Made by a program: the position numbers and the translations under genes. The notes under the pieces are model-generated. The model was not told the DNA's origin and did no database searches. It saw only the letters and a list, made by a program, of their open reading frames with translations. Positions 37,125 to 51,996 of a DNA stretch of 64,000 nucleotides are shown here, piece after piece. Position 1 is the first letter of the stretch; each line of letters begins with the position of its first letter. The stretch lies in assembly GCA_051294375.1 (NCBI GenBank), contig CM119266.1, positions 349,132 to 413,131 on the forward strand. Direction: 5' to 3'. The DNA is from Paraspadella gotoi. Lineage: Eukaryota; Animalia; Chaetognatha.

Positions 37125-40100
37125 CTAAAAATAGACGCTCTGTCTCTTCTTCTCCAACTTCTTTCTCGGTGGCCTGACCGGCACCCGCGGTGGCGGCACC
37201 GGCGTCGAATCGGGCTGTACCGACGGCCGGTTCTGCATCGGCGTCGACACAGTCGCCGACCTCGCCTTCTTCCTCATCTTTTTCTCCTTCAACTCTCCCC
37301 AATGAGCTTCACTCAGGCCGATCAGCCTCTCGTCCTCTTCCTCTTCCTCCTCCCCTCTTAGCTGCGCCTCCCACATCCCCGCGTAGACGCCCCGCTTCGC
37401 CAGGAGATCCTCGTGGCGTCCGCGTTCGACGACCACGCCCTCTTTGAGGACGAGGATCTCGTCGGCGGCGACCACTGTGGAGAGGCGGTGGGCGACCACC
37501 ACTGTAGTTCGGCCCTGTGGTTTGGATGCGGAGTTTATTAGATTGGAAAGAAAATTGATGAGACTCGAAATAGGATTAATTAGTTATACGAATTAGAATT
37601 AGGATTAATTTGACTTATTCAGCACGTACACGTTTTAAATTTAATCGAATGACAATAAGTTAAAAAGATAATTAAATGCTTATGAATTAGCGAATAATTT
37701 AGTTGTAAATAAATTAGTAAAATAAAAAGATAAACAGTAAGAACCCGACCCATTAATCAAGTTATCAATACCCATTCGCCAAAACCCAGTCAATCAATAT
37801 TCCACAATCGATCCTTACATCCACAATCCACACCATCCTACCCCCAACAACCTCGCAGACTCTATCCAACGATTCCTGAATTCTCCGCTCCGTCTCCGTG
37901 TCCAGCGCCGACGTCGCCTCGTCCAGCAGCACCACGCGCGGCGCCTTCAGGATCGTCCGCGCCAGAGCCACGCGCTGCTTCTCGCCACCGCTCAAGCGGA
38001 GGCCGCGTTCGCCGACCTGTGGGATAGGAGAAGGTGGTGAAGGATGTGGAAGTTTGTGTACAGGGAGATGGAAGGCACAAGGGACTAGCGACTACCTATC
38101 CACCAAAACGAAATGACTCTTGCGGGATTTGCTTAAAAACTGAGTAATCTTGTTTTTACAATTCAAACTCGTAAAGATTTATCGATAAAGACTTCAAGTT
38201 ACGACCAGATATTTTTTTTCGTCTTAGTGAGTGAGAAACCTTAACGGTTCTAAAATTTAGTAGTATACGGTAATACTAATTAATAATTAAATCTTCTCAC
38301 TTTGGTCTCGTATCCTTTGGGAAAAGTAGTAATCCTGTCATGGATGTCGGCGGCTTTGGCGGCGGCCTCGACTTCTGCGTCGGTGGCGCCAAGCCGCCCG
38401 TACCGGATATTGTACCGGATGTCGTTATTGAAGAGGACAGTGTCCTGCGGGACGACGCCGATAACGTTCCTGATCCAAAAATGGCAAGAGGTCGTTTTTA
38501 AGAAGCAAAACGTGGAACATCTTGAAAAATTTAGTTGGTTTAGTAACAACAGAATTGCAGTCGCGTGTTTTAGACTGTGTTTGAGCCTCACCTGCCAACA
38601 CTGTTGGTCCAACAACGTCTGGAAAACTTGGTTTCGAACTTTCGACCAAGAATCTTCTTGTGTTACTAACTTACTCTATCCTCTCGTCTTTAAAACTAAA
38701 AAATTAGAGCTATAAAGCATTGAACCGTAAGTGGCAAGGATGTCAGATTTGAATTTTTATAATTTTAAAACTGTTTCTCGATCAGCTTCGTGAAAGACTT
38801 TAGAAACATAGTCTTGTGGCGGTATATTCAATTATTCATACCGCCTCACGTCCACTATCGTTCAGTCAATACCATTGGCTCAGAGGGGGAACACACCATC
38901 CCAAGCGTTGTGTTCCATCCACAGTTCTAACGACTTCCCTCTGTGTTGGCAAAGTGTACTAGGGTAACCAAGCCAGTGACAGGAGGCGTCGCTGTCCCTC
39001 CAAAAAAAAATCAAATACATCTTGTTCTGGAAGACCGAAGACATGTATGCATAATACGTACAGGGCTCCGTGAGAAGGAAAATAACCTGACCAATTTCCC
39101 CTGTATGCACTAAACACTCGATTATGTTTACAGATATTAACAATAATAATAATAATAATAATATTGTTATCAAAGAACTTGTCATTTTACCTGAGCGATT
39201 TCTGCGACACTTGTTTGAGGTCTTGTCCGTCGATCCTTATCTCCCCCTGGTTGAGATCGTAGAATCGAAACAAAAGGCGAACGACGGTCGATTTCCCGCC
39301 TCCCGACGGACCCACTAAGGCTACCGTGCGTCCGGGCGGCACAGTGAACGAAATTCCACGCAGAACCGGTTTTGATGGAAGGTAAGAGAAGTGAACGTCC
39401 CGAAACTCGATCGCACCCTGGGGAAATTTAATTTGTTTTATTAATTATGTACTTTTCGACGCCAAAAAATATCATGGTTACTTTCATAATTTATTGTTTC
39501 AAAAGCTTAATTGCAATTATTATTATTATCACTCTATACCTTTCTACTAATAAAGTGTTTTGTCTTTGCCGTTTTCATTGACCCTAAACTCAAGAAGGTG
39601 TTTTCAATTCAGTAATAGATGCTCTTGTAGAATCTCGACCATCCATATTTATTCAAAATTCTTTTGCAAACATCAATTATTTTAAGAATTTTAATCATTT
39701 TCAGTATTAACTATTTTTTTTCATTGTTGATCGATGATTTTGAGTTGGAAATTCTTCAGCCGGAAAATTTCTCTTCAGCAACTATCCATTTTGGTTTTCA
39801 ATTGCGGAATCAAGCGCGCCTCGTCGTTAGTCCTTTTGAGCTTTTTCTCTTTCAAGCACACCTCTTTCGGGAGTCAACATTTTGGCCCTTCTCAAATGCC
39901 CCGTAAACGTTGCTGGATTCGGTATGAAGATATCTATAATATACATTATGTATGCAGTTTCAATGTAACCTGCTATTTGACAAAACCAAATCAAAAATTG
40001 AATTTCGCAATCTGACAATATATTCAAACTTATTAATATCGTATTTCGCGTACCGCTCCAAGTCTGCTTCTTGGCGAAGGCGCGTGATCGCTTCTTTGGT

Positions 40101-43100
40101 TCTGCGGAGAAGCGAAATCGCTTCTTCGGTTCGACGAATGAAGGAGATCGCTCTGTCGGCGCGATGGAGGAGCCACTTGTCGTGGCGTTTGTTGTTGTCG
40201 TCGTCGTGTAGATTGTTGTTTTCATTATCGATTTTAGTATCGTTCATGTGTATAATCTGTTACCAAAATAATTTAAAAACAAAAAGTTTTTATCTTCGTT
40301 TCTTTCTTCAAAATATACCTGACTCTCCCATGTTGACGAAAGGTTGGCGACGACGAAGACGACGACGACGACGACGACGAAAAACGACGAAAAAAATTCA
40401 TGTTTTTGGCGGAAAAAAGAAAAACCAAAAAATAAAATAAAAACAAATTAATTTCAAGATGGCGCTGATTCTTTGCGAGTCGACTGTATCAGATAAATAT
40501 GTCGTCGACTTATTCGCTTTGCAGTAAAAGCGTCGGTCAGGAGGTTGGAAGCTGCTTATTGTCGGATTACTATTGCAGGATGTATTATTACTACATTATA
40601 CGACCCTTCGAACAGACCAAGCTGATCCCAAACCTCGCTAATGTTCAAGTCCGGACAGTAGGGCTCGTCCTGTACGCTCTGGACTTCGTCAAAGAGTTGG
40701 AACATGTTCTCCATGTCGATGAAGGACTGGTTGATCTGAGCGTAGAACATCCCCAGCCGACCGAGCGGACCAAAGAGTTGGACCAGGTAGCTGTGAAGTG
40801 TGGAGGATCTTCAAATTTTTCTTCTTTTTTTCTTTTAGTTTTTCCATGTTTCATTTCTTTCTTGGTTTTGTTTGTTTTTTTTTTTCTTTTTTCCATCTTT
40901 TTTTCTTAACTTTTTTATTTTTTAAATTCTTTCTTTCTTTCTTTCTTCTTTCTTTCTTTCTTTCTCTCTTCCTTTCTCACGTTGAAAACAGAACGTAGTC
41001 TCCCGAGGTAAGGCCTTCTAAATTGTAGGCCACCAGGTAAGCGCAGTACATCGATCCGGCGAGGAGTCCCAGCTGAATGTCGGCGGACTGGAGAATGTTG
41101 AGCGCGCTGTGGGGTGAGTCGAAATTATCGCGTGTCATCAAAGTTTCTTTTATTTCCTTTCTTCTAGTCTTTTCTTTGTTATACATTTTTTTAACATCTA
41201 GTCAGATTTCTCCTTGTCAATCCGCACTAAAACTTAAAATTTCCATTAATCGTTCACCATTAAACTCACACCAATCACCTTTCTTTTTCCCTATCAAAGG
41301 ACCAATCAGGGTCCGTCTGACCAACCTGAGCGAGGCGTTGCTTTTGTACTCTATTTTCTGGAAATCCTCCATGACGCTTCGGAAACCCTGGATCTCAAAG
41401 TCGTCGTTGTTGTAATACTTGACGTTCTCGAAGTTTAGAAGTGAGTCGGTCGTCTGGTGGATTAATATGTATTGTAACACATTAATACATTAATGACTAA
41501 TTATCCTTAATAGTAACTATCATTCATTTGAAGCTAATCTTTCAGAGCGCCAAGAAAATAATTTTTCCCCAGGGAACCCCAGGTATCAATTTGTAACAAT
41601 TTTAAAACCATATATTCGTTACTTTGTTCAAAAAAACTTTTTATATCGTCTACTTCGTCTACCGGTCTACCTGGAGGTCGAATTTTCAATTTTATCCACC
41701 AAGAGCATCATTCATCCAAATATTCTATCTTTCTTATTGTCCAGTTAACTTACTTATTGTCCAGTAGGGTGAAGTGAAAGTTTGGAATCAAAATTTAGCA
41801 GTTATATCTTGAAAACTATCATATTAGTGAATACTAATCTGTAATTATTTTTCTTTTTTTATAAATATAGTAGCCCAGTCAGCTTATTTTGTATATAGTA
41901 CTACCCTTATATAAAGTCAAATTTTCAAAACAGTTTTTTTTTAATTCTGAGAACAGATTCAGATTCCTCATTAAAAGTTAATTAAAGAAAGTATAAATCT
42001 TTTTCAAGTCAGGTTAAAATTACAAAAACTATATTTTAAGCTGGAAATTTAAAATCGGCGTCTTAAATTAGTTTTTTACATTTTTGACTAACTTAATGAA
42101 AGAATTTTTAAAAAAGTATTGTACTTTCTTAAATAACTTTTTGCAAGGAATCCAAATTCGATCTTATTTAAAAATTTGTATTTTGGAAATTTTAGCCTAT
42201 TATATACTTATTACTATATTAAATATAGCTCACTGGTGCCCACTAAATGTATAAAATTAAAAAATAATTTACCAAAATATTTTTATTGGTTTTATGTTCA
42301 TGTTTTATATGCTAAATTTTAATTTTCTAAAATTTTATATTTCTAAAATTTTATCATTTTCACATCACTCTATTGTCCAGCTGTCATTATTTTCCGTCCT
42401 CACTTACCTCCAAACAACCCCGATTCTTCCGAACATCATAATATCTTAATTATCCACATTTCCATCTTGATCTCCGACATGATTTAAATTTCACCCGGGA
42501 TGCCAACTTCTTGACCCCCACCCCCTCCTCTCCAAAGACCCCACCTTCTGATTCTTCCTGTTGTCCATCTCGTTCATGTCTCGACGAAACTTTGTTCTCC
42601 ACTTGACGACGACGAGAGTCGAGTAGATGTAGAGTCCGAGCGTCGCCATGGCGACGACGCCGAACCAGACGTTGAATTCGGAGGCGAGGACGAAGATGGC
42701 GACGACGACGTCGAGGAAGGCGGGGGCGATGTTGAAGAATACCTTTGGGGGGGGGGCGTTGCAAATGGGAAGGGATGTTGTCAGTTGGGGTTGCTTCACA
42801 ACTTTGCAATTTCTTTTATTTATATGAGTTACTGTTTTTGTGGTTTAGCTTTGTTTTTATGTGGCTAACCTCTATATTTTTTCCCCTTTTTATGAAATTA
42901 AATATTTTTTAAAAATTATCTGAATATAACGAATATGTCACTAATAATTTCTTTACTTTATGCTCTAATCATAAACTTATCTATGAAAGCATAATATTTT
43001 ATAGTATAGTATAGTATAGTATAGTATAGTATAGGTATAGTATAATATTTGATATTAAACAAACATTTACTACAGTAAGTCTATAGAAACTAAAAAGCAT

Positions 43101-44039
43101 CTTTCCGACCTGTTCTAAAATTGTGTTTAGACTATTCCGCCCCCTGTCCATAATCCTCAGAACTTCCCCGGTTTTTCTGTTTAGGTGCCAACCGAGGGAG
43201 AGACTGTGGAGATGCGCGAAGAACGTCACCTGGATAGGGGGGGGGCACAGAGCCACGGTTGTAAGCCCCACCCTTGAAATTTTCCGAACTCCTCAACGGC
43301 CCAGCCAATCTAGCAGGAGGCTGGGGGCGGCAAAGGAGCTGTCAAAAATAGGAACATATTTTGGCTGAAAATCGTAATGAATGATGCTTTTCTTGCTTGT
43401 CTATGTCTAATGTAAAATAACCGCAGGACCCTAAAAACTTTCAATCAAAAGATTTGACAATACTGAACTATTTGAAGTATAATCTTTGTACAATAAAATA
43501 ATTTGACAAGGCGAGTCTGTTAGATATTAATATTTTCTTTCGACTACTTCCACTTTAAACCGATCACGTGATAAGATTGCCCTACCACTTGACCGCGCAT
43601 TTCGGATATCATTTTGCCGTGCCGATTAACCTGAACTCTCTTCGAAGTGAACTGTTGCACACGAATCCAGAGGAACGATCTCAAATTGTTCAAGATTCCA
43701 GTGGAACCTGGACCGCCGCCCTGTAGTGGTTGAAGAACGTCATACATGTAATGATGTGTTCATAAATAACTGGTTTTATATTCTGAATGATTGATTGATT
43801 GATTGATTGATTAATAAATTGAATGCTATGCTATGCTATGCTATGCTGACTAAGAGATTGGCTCAAAGTTTTGTTTAATTTGCTTCGTTATTGATTAGTG
43901 TTTTGAGAGATTGATTGGTTCGACCTGCAGGAACTTTAAGATCGCGTAAACTACAATATAATCCCAGCAGAAGCGGAAAATCGGATTCCCTCGTTCGCTT
44001 CTGCCGATTTCGTTGGAGAGGTCGTCGACGATCATCTTG
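37125..44039 (-). CDS. ABCB6: ABCB6/HMT-1-type ABC half-transporter (5' exons not located)
   Basis: Exons 44039-43925, 43720-43631 ([14 protein letters not shown]), 43229-43110 ([25 protein letters not shown]), 42742-42545, 41453-41326 ([12 protein letters not shown]), 41106-40981, 40790-40634 (FIDMENMF), 39417-39191 (Walker [10 protein letters not shown]), 38469-38301 ([10 protein letters not shown]), 38016-37852 ([18 protein letters not shown]) and 37514-37125 (VAHRLST). Confidence 0.92.
38815..38994 (+). mobile_element. Diverged, 3'-truncated solo copy of the 254-bp LTR-like repeat
   Basis: TGTGGCGGTATATTCA...CCATTGGCTCAGAGGGGGAACACACCATCCCA...CTAGGGTAACC matches 25245-25420. Confidence 0.85.
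41765..42372. mobile_element. Palindromic MITE with 8-bp TSD (hAT-like)
   Basis: TIRs TAGGGTGAAGTG / CACATCACTCTA and TSD TTGTCCAG (41757-41764, 42373-42380). Interior related to 17390-18003. Confidence 0.85.
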
Positions 44040-44310
44040 CTGAAACAAAGATATCTGAGTTGGTGAAATCGGGACAATTTCATGTCCAAGATTAACAACA
44101 AGATTCGATTGTACATTGATCCATGAAGAAGAAATTATGACAACCGATAAAAGAAACACTTGCAAAAGTTATTTTGTTTGCATCTCCTCTCTCTCTTTCT
44201 TCCTTATCTAACCGCTTTTCTTTCTCGAAGCTTAGGGTTAGGGTTTTCCTGCCGTCAAGCCAAAGCAACGCTGCCACGCTAGAATTTGCCGCCATGCCTC
44301 TCTCTCTCTT

Positions 44311-44384
<74 letters not shown>

Positions 44385-45142
44385 CCTCCTCTCCCGCGAC
44401 CCAAGCTTTGCTACTGTCGCGCTGCCGCCAATCGGTCCCCCCCGATTTTCTTTCTTTCTATGTATTTCTCTCGCTCTCGCTCGTCCTCGCTGTCCGAGCG
44501 TCCTCGTGCGATGGAGGGGGAAGAGACCCGCGCCACGAACCACAATTGGTTTCTTTTTTTTTCAAATTTGGACGGAAACAGATTTAAAAACGCGTTTCGT
44601 CGCATCTTTCCGCGCTTTGTTATCGCGCGTTATTCTTGTCTAACGAAGATATTTTTCGTAATACCTTGGAACGGTTTTTTTTTTTTTTTTTTTCGGATGT
44701 CTCTCTGCCTCTCGCTTTTTGCTTCGATTTTTTACCTTTTTTCCTAATCGATCGTGCTTTCGTTTCGACGTACGAAAAAAAATGGGTGCGGGGAGTAGAG
44801 AAATGGGGAAGGAAAGTGCCGGTAATGTGGTGACAACAAAGGAGTAACGAGACTGGTGGTGATATGTTACGAGAGAGAGAGAGAAGAAAGAGTAAGAAAG
44901 TAAAAAAGAGAAAATGCCCAAAAGAGATAAACGTAAAAAGAAATTGCCGACCTGCTACATCCGGTTCGAGTCTTGCAGAATGAGACGACGAATTGCCCGA
45001 TGTGTGGGAAAGGGGGTTCATTGTAAAAACTAAAAGACCTCATAAAAACCTGCACGGAAGAAGGAAAAAGCCGTCGCGACAATTTTTTCCCCAAAAATGA
45101 AATCAACAGTAAAAGCCCGGCCGTCGCCGATGTACTTAAATA

Positions 45143-45208
<66 letters not shown>

Positions 45209-45558
45209 CTTTTCTAACGTGTTAAAGAGGAATGCCGATGATTTAACTTGATTGGACCAAAGAGAAGAAAAAAAAGCAGGGAGTGTCGCGTCTCAGTCGG
45301 TGAGTCTTCTCTGCACTCCCGAGTCCCGACGAAGAACGACTTCGAAACCTAGCTTTCGAGTTTTTTTCCTTTTTTATTTAACTTTTTTCTCTTCTTCTTT
45401 TGGAAGCTGTGGATTTTTTTCCCCTTTTTTTAAAAAAAAGACTTTTCTTTCTCTCTTTCATTTTCTTTCTTGGTTCTACCTTTTCCTGTCAACGGCTTCC
45501 ACTTTTTGTACAGAGAGAAAGAGCGGGAAAGAGTTACTGAATTCGGCAAAAAAACGCG

Positions 45559-45594
<36 letters not shown>

Positions 45595-48081
45595 CTCTCT
45601 CTCAATTTCTATATTTGTTGTTGTTGGCTTTTCACTAATTTTTTTTTTCTCTCTGCGCCAGTTCGCCGACTTTTTCGTTGTTGACCCAACACAGTTTTTG
45701 TTTCCCGAGGCCGCAATGTTTTTCCACAGATTTAAAATCCGTCTTGGATTTTTTTCGCGCTAAATTTTTTAATTTAAAGTCACCTTGCCATAAAGTCGTT
45801 CATTTCGTTACTTGAGTACGACTTCGCTGTTTGAACAACGTCGCAGGATCAGAAATGCAATGGGAAGACTTTTCTGGCAATCACGCGTCATCAGGGCCGA
45901 AAGGAGAGCTTATTTAGCTTATTTAGCTCCGAAACAATCCACGTATTTCAAAATTTGTTTCATGTGAACAAATCTGGAAAATTCTTATCATTATTTAAGT
46001 GTCTTAACCACATGCAGTGAAGGTAGAAATAATAGTTCAATGCTTAATGCTTAATACTAATTCAAGGTGCTTGATCTGAACAACAGTCTTGCAGAGTCTA
46101 AATTTTATGTTCAAAATTCAAAATTGTATTAATATTATTTAAGTTCGTATATTTTTTTAAATTAAGTATTAACATATTTCAAAAGATAAAAAAATGACGT
46201 TTTGAAAAGAATATTTTTAAAATAAAACTCGCCGAGAAAAATCCAATTCTCTTTCATGACCGCTTTTCGATAGTGCGATGTCAAGCGGCCCTTTGAACAA
46301 CAATACCTAACACGCCAATTGTAACGACCCAATGCGGACGAGAGGACCGTAACGACCCGGACATTAGACGACCGTGAACTGTAACGAAAACTGTCCTGCC
46401 GTTTTCGCGCCAAACGGGGAAGATGATCGGATCTCGGATTCCGGGTACCGCGTCTGGAGGATTTTCTTTCTTCTGAGACTCGGACTGACGGACTGACGGA
46501 ATTTCGTTTCGCTTCTTTTGTAGAAAAGTTTCCTTTTTTATTTCAACAATATAATTTTTTTTTTTCGAAACCTAAGATTCAGTATTAATAACACCTACGT
46601 TCACAAAAAAATAATTGTCTCGGACATTTTTAGATAATTTAAACTTCATTGCTTGTCGATGATGTTGTCATATTTTTTTATAAATTCAATTACGAAAAAA
46701 ACTGCTGGAAGTTGAGATTGAAAATAGGAAAATTCTCTTTTTATTCAATTTCAATTTATTGTCAAAATTATTTTTTGAATTAAAAGTAATTATTAATCGC
46801 GTTGTAAAAAAAGGTCATATTCGATTTGATTTAAATATAAGGGCTTTTATAACGGCCCGAGGATCGTAAAAAAAATTGACAATCCTCAATACTTTTTCAT
46901 CCTTTTTGCGCTCTTATCTTCAATATCAGTTTTGATTTCCGATCCTAAAAAAAAAAGAAGAAAAATAAAAAAAATTACACCGGAACTGACTCGAAAGCGA
47001 CATTAATTATTTTATTATTTTTTCATGTGAATGAATCGGGAGTGAAAGTCAGTAATAAACGAATAAATAATTAGAGGGAAAAAATTATATTAAAAAAAAC
47101 TTTGTTTTTGTTCTTTTCCAGTTTCTAAAAACTTTTTTATTGTAAGATTTTTTTTTTAAGGGTAAAACATTTAATCTCACTTTAAAGGGACTAAAAACTT
47201 GAATGAGCGCCCGTAATTCATCCATTATCTTGCTTTGACAGCATTAAATCATCTTTTGCCACGACCGCTAAATATTACAGAGTAATTATAAGCGTTTTAT
47301 GACTAATTTATCATTCAAACAAACTAAAATTAATAACGGTATTTTAAATCTAACAGTTTTTCTCACGTGATTTTATACCGTTTTACTTGTCAGGAACAAG
47401 AGATGATAACAAACGTATCGTTCTGTTTTCGTTCCTTCAGATTTCAAATGTTTTATTTGCAAAACCAAATGAAAATGCCTCGACTCGGAATCATAATTTT
47501 TCTTTCAAAATGTTTTCATTAGCTGTCGTAAACTGAAACCCTTTATGTTAATCTCGATCATAATTATCCCCAATTTTTTTTTTATTAGAGTCGTTGAGGA
47601 GTTAATTAGCATTGCTCGAGATTCCCCGTGGAATGTAAGCAATAGTCAAACTTTCTTTGAATATTTTCTCCACAAAAATTATTCTCTGGCGGTTAAATGT
47701 TAATTTTTTTTAGTCATTTCTAATATTTAAAAGAATTATTGAGCGTATTATGAAAGTATGGGAGTGAACTTAAAAATAACCCCAATTTACTTTAAATTTC
47801 GTTTATACAAATAATTAAAAATATCTTCGGGTGATTTTTCTTTCTGTTTGATGCTTAAAAATTTAAAGGTTTTTTTACGGTCGCCGTCTTAATATTCAAT
47901 CTGTTCATGTAAAACTTTTTATATAGTTTATCAGCAAAAAAGTATAAAGAAATATAAATGTTAACCATCCTAAAAAATATTTTTCTATTTTTCATGACGA
48001 AAAAATATTCTCGGTCGTAATCGAAAGAATTTCGAGGCGTTAGGCGAAGTTGCCCCTGATCTTGGGTTAACTGACCTAAAT

Positions 48082-48132
<51 letters not shown>

Positions 48133-50163
48133 TCTCTCTCTCTTCTCCCTCACTCCTATATTGCATTCTCTCTTCCTCTTCTCCTGCATGAGAAAAAAAA
48201 TTCTTTCGATTTCAAATCGTTTTAGAAAAAAAATATCTAAATTAAAAAAAAAACGAAAGAGACAAGGCCCAAAAAAGTTTTTTTTTTATATATATATAGA
48301 TAAGCCAATAATTAATCATTGATTGGTAATTAGCAAGCAAGGGAAATTCTTCCGATTGATCGATCGAAGAGACTTCCGGTTTTTTTTTTTGGGAGATCTG
48401 CGGTTTCGCGCCAGAGTCAAGCGTCTCTCTCTCCTTCGGTATCGTCTCCCTCTCTATCTCGCTAACTCTATATAATCGGGTGATCCGCGCTTCGTTAACG
48501 CTTCGAATTCTAATGACAGAATTTTTTTTTCCTTCGTTTTTTTTTTCTTTCCGTCTTTTCCGCTCTTAGGCTTGGTGTCCAGTTTGCTTGCTTGCTTTGA
48601 TTTCTTCTTTCTTTCTTCTTTCTTTCTTTCTTTTTTTCTTTCTTTCTTTCTTTCTCTTTCCTCTCATCTTTCTCTCCTCTCTTACCTTTCTCCCCTCTTA
48701 TTTTCTCTTTCCTCACTCCTTCTCTCCATCTTCCTCTTGTGCTTCTTTCCTTTTTCATCGCTCGACATTTTTCCCGCCGACGTTTTCGACTCGTAACTCA
48801 TTACAGGCGTCGGAAAAAAAACGCCGTTTTGGCAGCCGGCGTCGCGGCGTCTTCTTGTCGAACATCGGCGCCGCCAGAAAAAAAAAAAGAGCAGCACTTC
48901 CTGTCTAAACGACCAAGACGACGTGACCGACGCGTTTACCGATCCAACATTTTTGAACATGAGTAGTTCAATTAAAAGGTTTAATTAAATCTGAAATGTT
49001 ACTCTTTCACAACAGCTTGGTTTACGTGTATAACAACAAATATAAATATATTTTTTCAATGTTCATTCAATTGACGTCATGAGAAAACGAATAACTCCGG
49101 AAACTACCGGCGAAAACAAATTTCATTTCTCGGCGCCGACTAAAAAAAAAACGGCGACGACGATGACGACGACGACGACGAAGTGACATTCCAACTGAAA
49201 GATGAAGAAACGCCGTCGTCGTCGTCGTCAACGAAGCTTCGTTTGTGGCGCGAAGATTCAGATCAGGCTTCCTGCTGCATATGCTGCAGCCGCTGCCGTT
49301 TGTGATGTGATCTGTGACATGTCGAACCCAGAGATCATCATTCACCGATTTGTGAGGCCGTGACTCTCACGTTGACTCTCTCGTCGGACGGATTCACTCC
49401 GGGGAACCTACGATGTAAACAAACATCACGATGCCATTAGGGTTGCGATTTTCCTTCGCTTCAGCGATGCCTCGTTTCCAAAATAATTTTTAAAAAATTA
49501 AAAACGAAATTCATTGTAAAAGAAGACGTGATGCAGAATGATTATTTCATTTCAAGAGCACGTTCAAAATTTATCGTTTTAATATTTTGAAACTAATTAA
49601 CGTTAGAACACGGTTCGATTACTCCATTTTGCTTAATTTACTTTAAAATTGTAATTTTATCTTTTTTTTTCATTTCCGTCCTTTGATTCATGCACAGGTG
49701 ACACGTAAAACCAAACAGAATATATATATACAGTTACTGCTTTCAATTTGCATTTTTCGGTCGCGTACTTTTTCTCCTCACATCCAACAGGAAAAAATTT
49801 TGTGATAAAAATAACTTAGGAAACGAAAAAATTTAAATCCCGAGAAAAAATGTCTTCGTCAAAAACGTCGCAATCGACGGGAAAAGAAATCGAAAAGCTC
49901 GGCTTAAAATCTAAGAGACGACGACATTTGCGAACCACTTAATCAGCGTCGCCGAACAACTCATATAATGAGTGACTATAAACCAACGCATTTATTAGTC
50001 CGCCGGATCTTCATTGCTGTGTTTGCCCTGAAAGACATGGGTAGTGAGATGACACGTTTTCCATTGTTTGTTTTCATCTTACTACTCTGCCTTTCATAGG
50101 AAGCATTCAGCCCATCTTCGTATTCGTCACCGGCGGTGGAAAAAATACAAACGCTCGACATGG

Positions 50164-50202
<39 letters not shown>

Positions 50203-51274
50203 CACGCCGCCGCGCCATCTTTTTTTTTCACGCGCCGCGCAAGAAAACCCGTTTCCGTCTCGTCGCTCCTCCGCGCATCAAAACTGGCATGTTATAGATA
50301 TGTCAGCTTTCTCTTCTATCACAGCCAGTTTTGATGATGTGGAAGAATCGACGCTTCCGTCTAACGTCCAACTTCAACGTTGCCCTCCGCGGCCTAATGA
50401 CGCGTGGACAGATCGGGGGAAAGTAGTTGGATGTTGATTACGTCAAAGTGGCAGTGATGTGTCGCTATAGAAAACCATTTCATATCACAGCCAGCTTTGA
50501 TCTCTTGAACAATCCTTACAATCTACTAATTGAGTGGACGGCCGATGTCAGAAAACAGACTGAAAAGCAAAACGGCGAAGAGAAAGGGGGATATAAACTG
50601 TATCAATTTCAAGTGTTATTAATATTTTATTTGTTTTTAGGAACTTGTTCTTCGTTCTGCGTTTTACAACCACTCAATTTTCATAGTGAAGAATAAAGCC
50701 TTATGTATCTTAGACTAGTTTCCTTATTTCATCTCCTACCTCGTGAGCAAAATCCAGTGACACGAAATAACTCATTGCCATGGTTTACTGCATTGACATG
50801 AACGTAAACTGTTTTTTTTATTAGAGTAATGTTTGACGTTTTTTCTGTTAAAATTTTATTTAAATTGATCTTTATTAACAACTTGAAATACATTTTTTTT
50901 GCGAAGATGTCAAAGTCGTCATAGCATCTTTTTAAATTCAAGCGCAATGAATCATTTTTAATTCAGTATCTAAGATTACAGTATAAATATTTTCAGCTTT
51001 ATTGACCTCTACAAGGTCCAGGAGGGCAGTTAGTTTATAAAATTTGCTTAATGTTTGGAATGTCTTATATCAATAATTTTTACTTCGTAGCAGACTGTTG
51101 GAAAGTAATAATTGTGATTGAATAAAGACAAACTTAGTTGTCCAATCGATTTTATTGAGTAATTTTCTAAAAGTGTACGACAACTCAAGGATATTTAAGG
51201 AATACGTACTTCAATACGAGTTTTTTCGTCTGCTTTACAACTTGTCTCAGAAAATAATCGAAGATTGTTTGAAA

Positions 51275-51961
51275 ACATTTGAAACCCTCCGCTAGAAAAA
51301 ATTGACCAGACGAAAACGTGAAAAGATTCTAACATTTTAAAGATACTTAAAGTCGAGACATACTCATTTTTTATGTATAATTCTTTTGATAATTGATTTA
51401 GTTTTGAGTGCGTAATGAGCAAAAAAAAGATGAGAAGCAAATTCGAGCTTTTCAATAAAAAATAATGGGAAATTCGTCAACTACAATTCATGGCTCTGTT
51501 AAGAAATTATAATCGCACTAATTAGTGCTAATATGGGTATCACAAGAAAGCCCGTTAAAAAGTAATTCAGGAATATTGATTATAATTTCTTAAAAGTAAA
51601 ATACTTTGCTATTGACTATTTTTAAAACTAAGGTAGCAATAATTCTGTACCTTATATCTTCAGTATACAGTTTTTAAAGGGCTTTCAGGCAATATCAATA
51701 TTATTGTTATTTTTTGAAAGACTTTTTATAAATTGTTCAAAAAGTAAGACAAAATTTTTTCATTCATTAACATAAGGCTATCGAGCAGGGAGATCATTTT
51801 CAAAGCTAACCTCTTCCTGTTAAAGTATAAGCAAAGCGAAAGAAATGATATCTATGCATAAAAAATGAGTATGTCTGGTCTTTAAGTATCTCTTTTAAAA
51901 ATGTGAAAATCTTTCACGTTTTCATTTGGTGAATTTTTTTTAGCGGCGGGTTTCAAATGTT
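51275..51961. mobile_element. Degenerate fold-back element
   Basis: 51275-51375 is an imperfect reverse complement of 51859-51961 (AACATTTGAAACCC...ACATACTCATTTTTT). Confidence 0.6.
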
Positions 51962-51996
51962 CACGTGGTAGATAGTTTCCAACTATCATTCATCAG

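Noticed and set aside
44174-45763. Cluster of overlapping ORFs
   Set aside because: Driven by (CT)n and T-rich low complexity; no domain or consistent splice chain.
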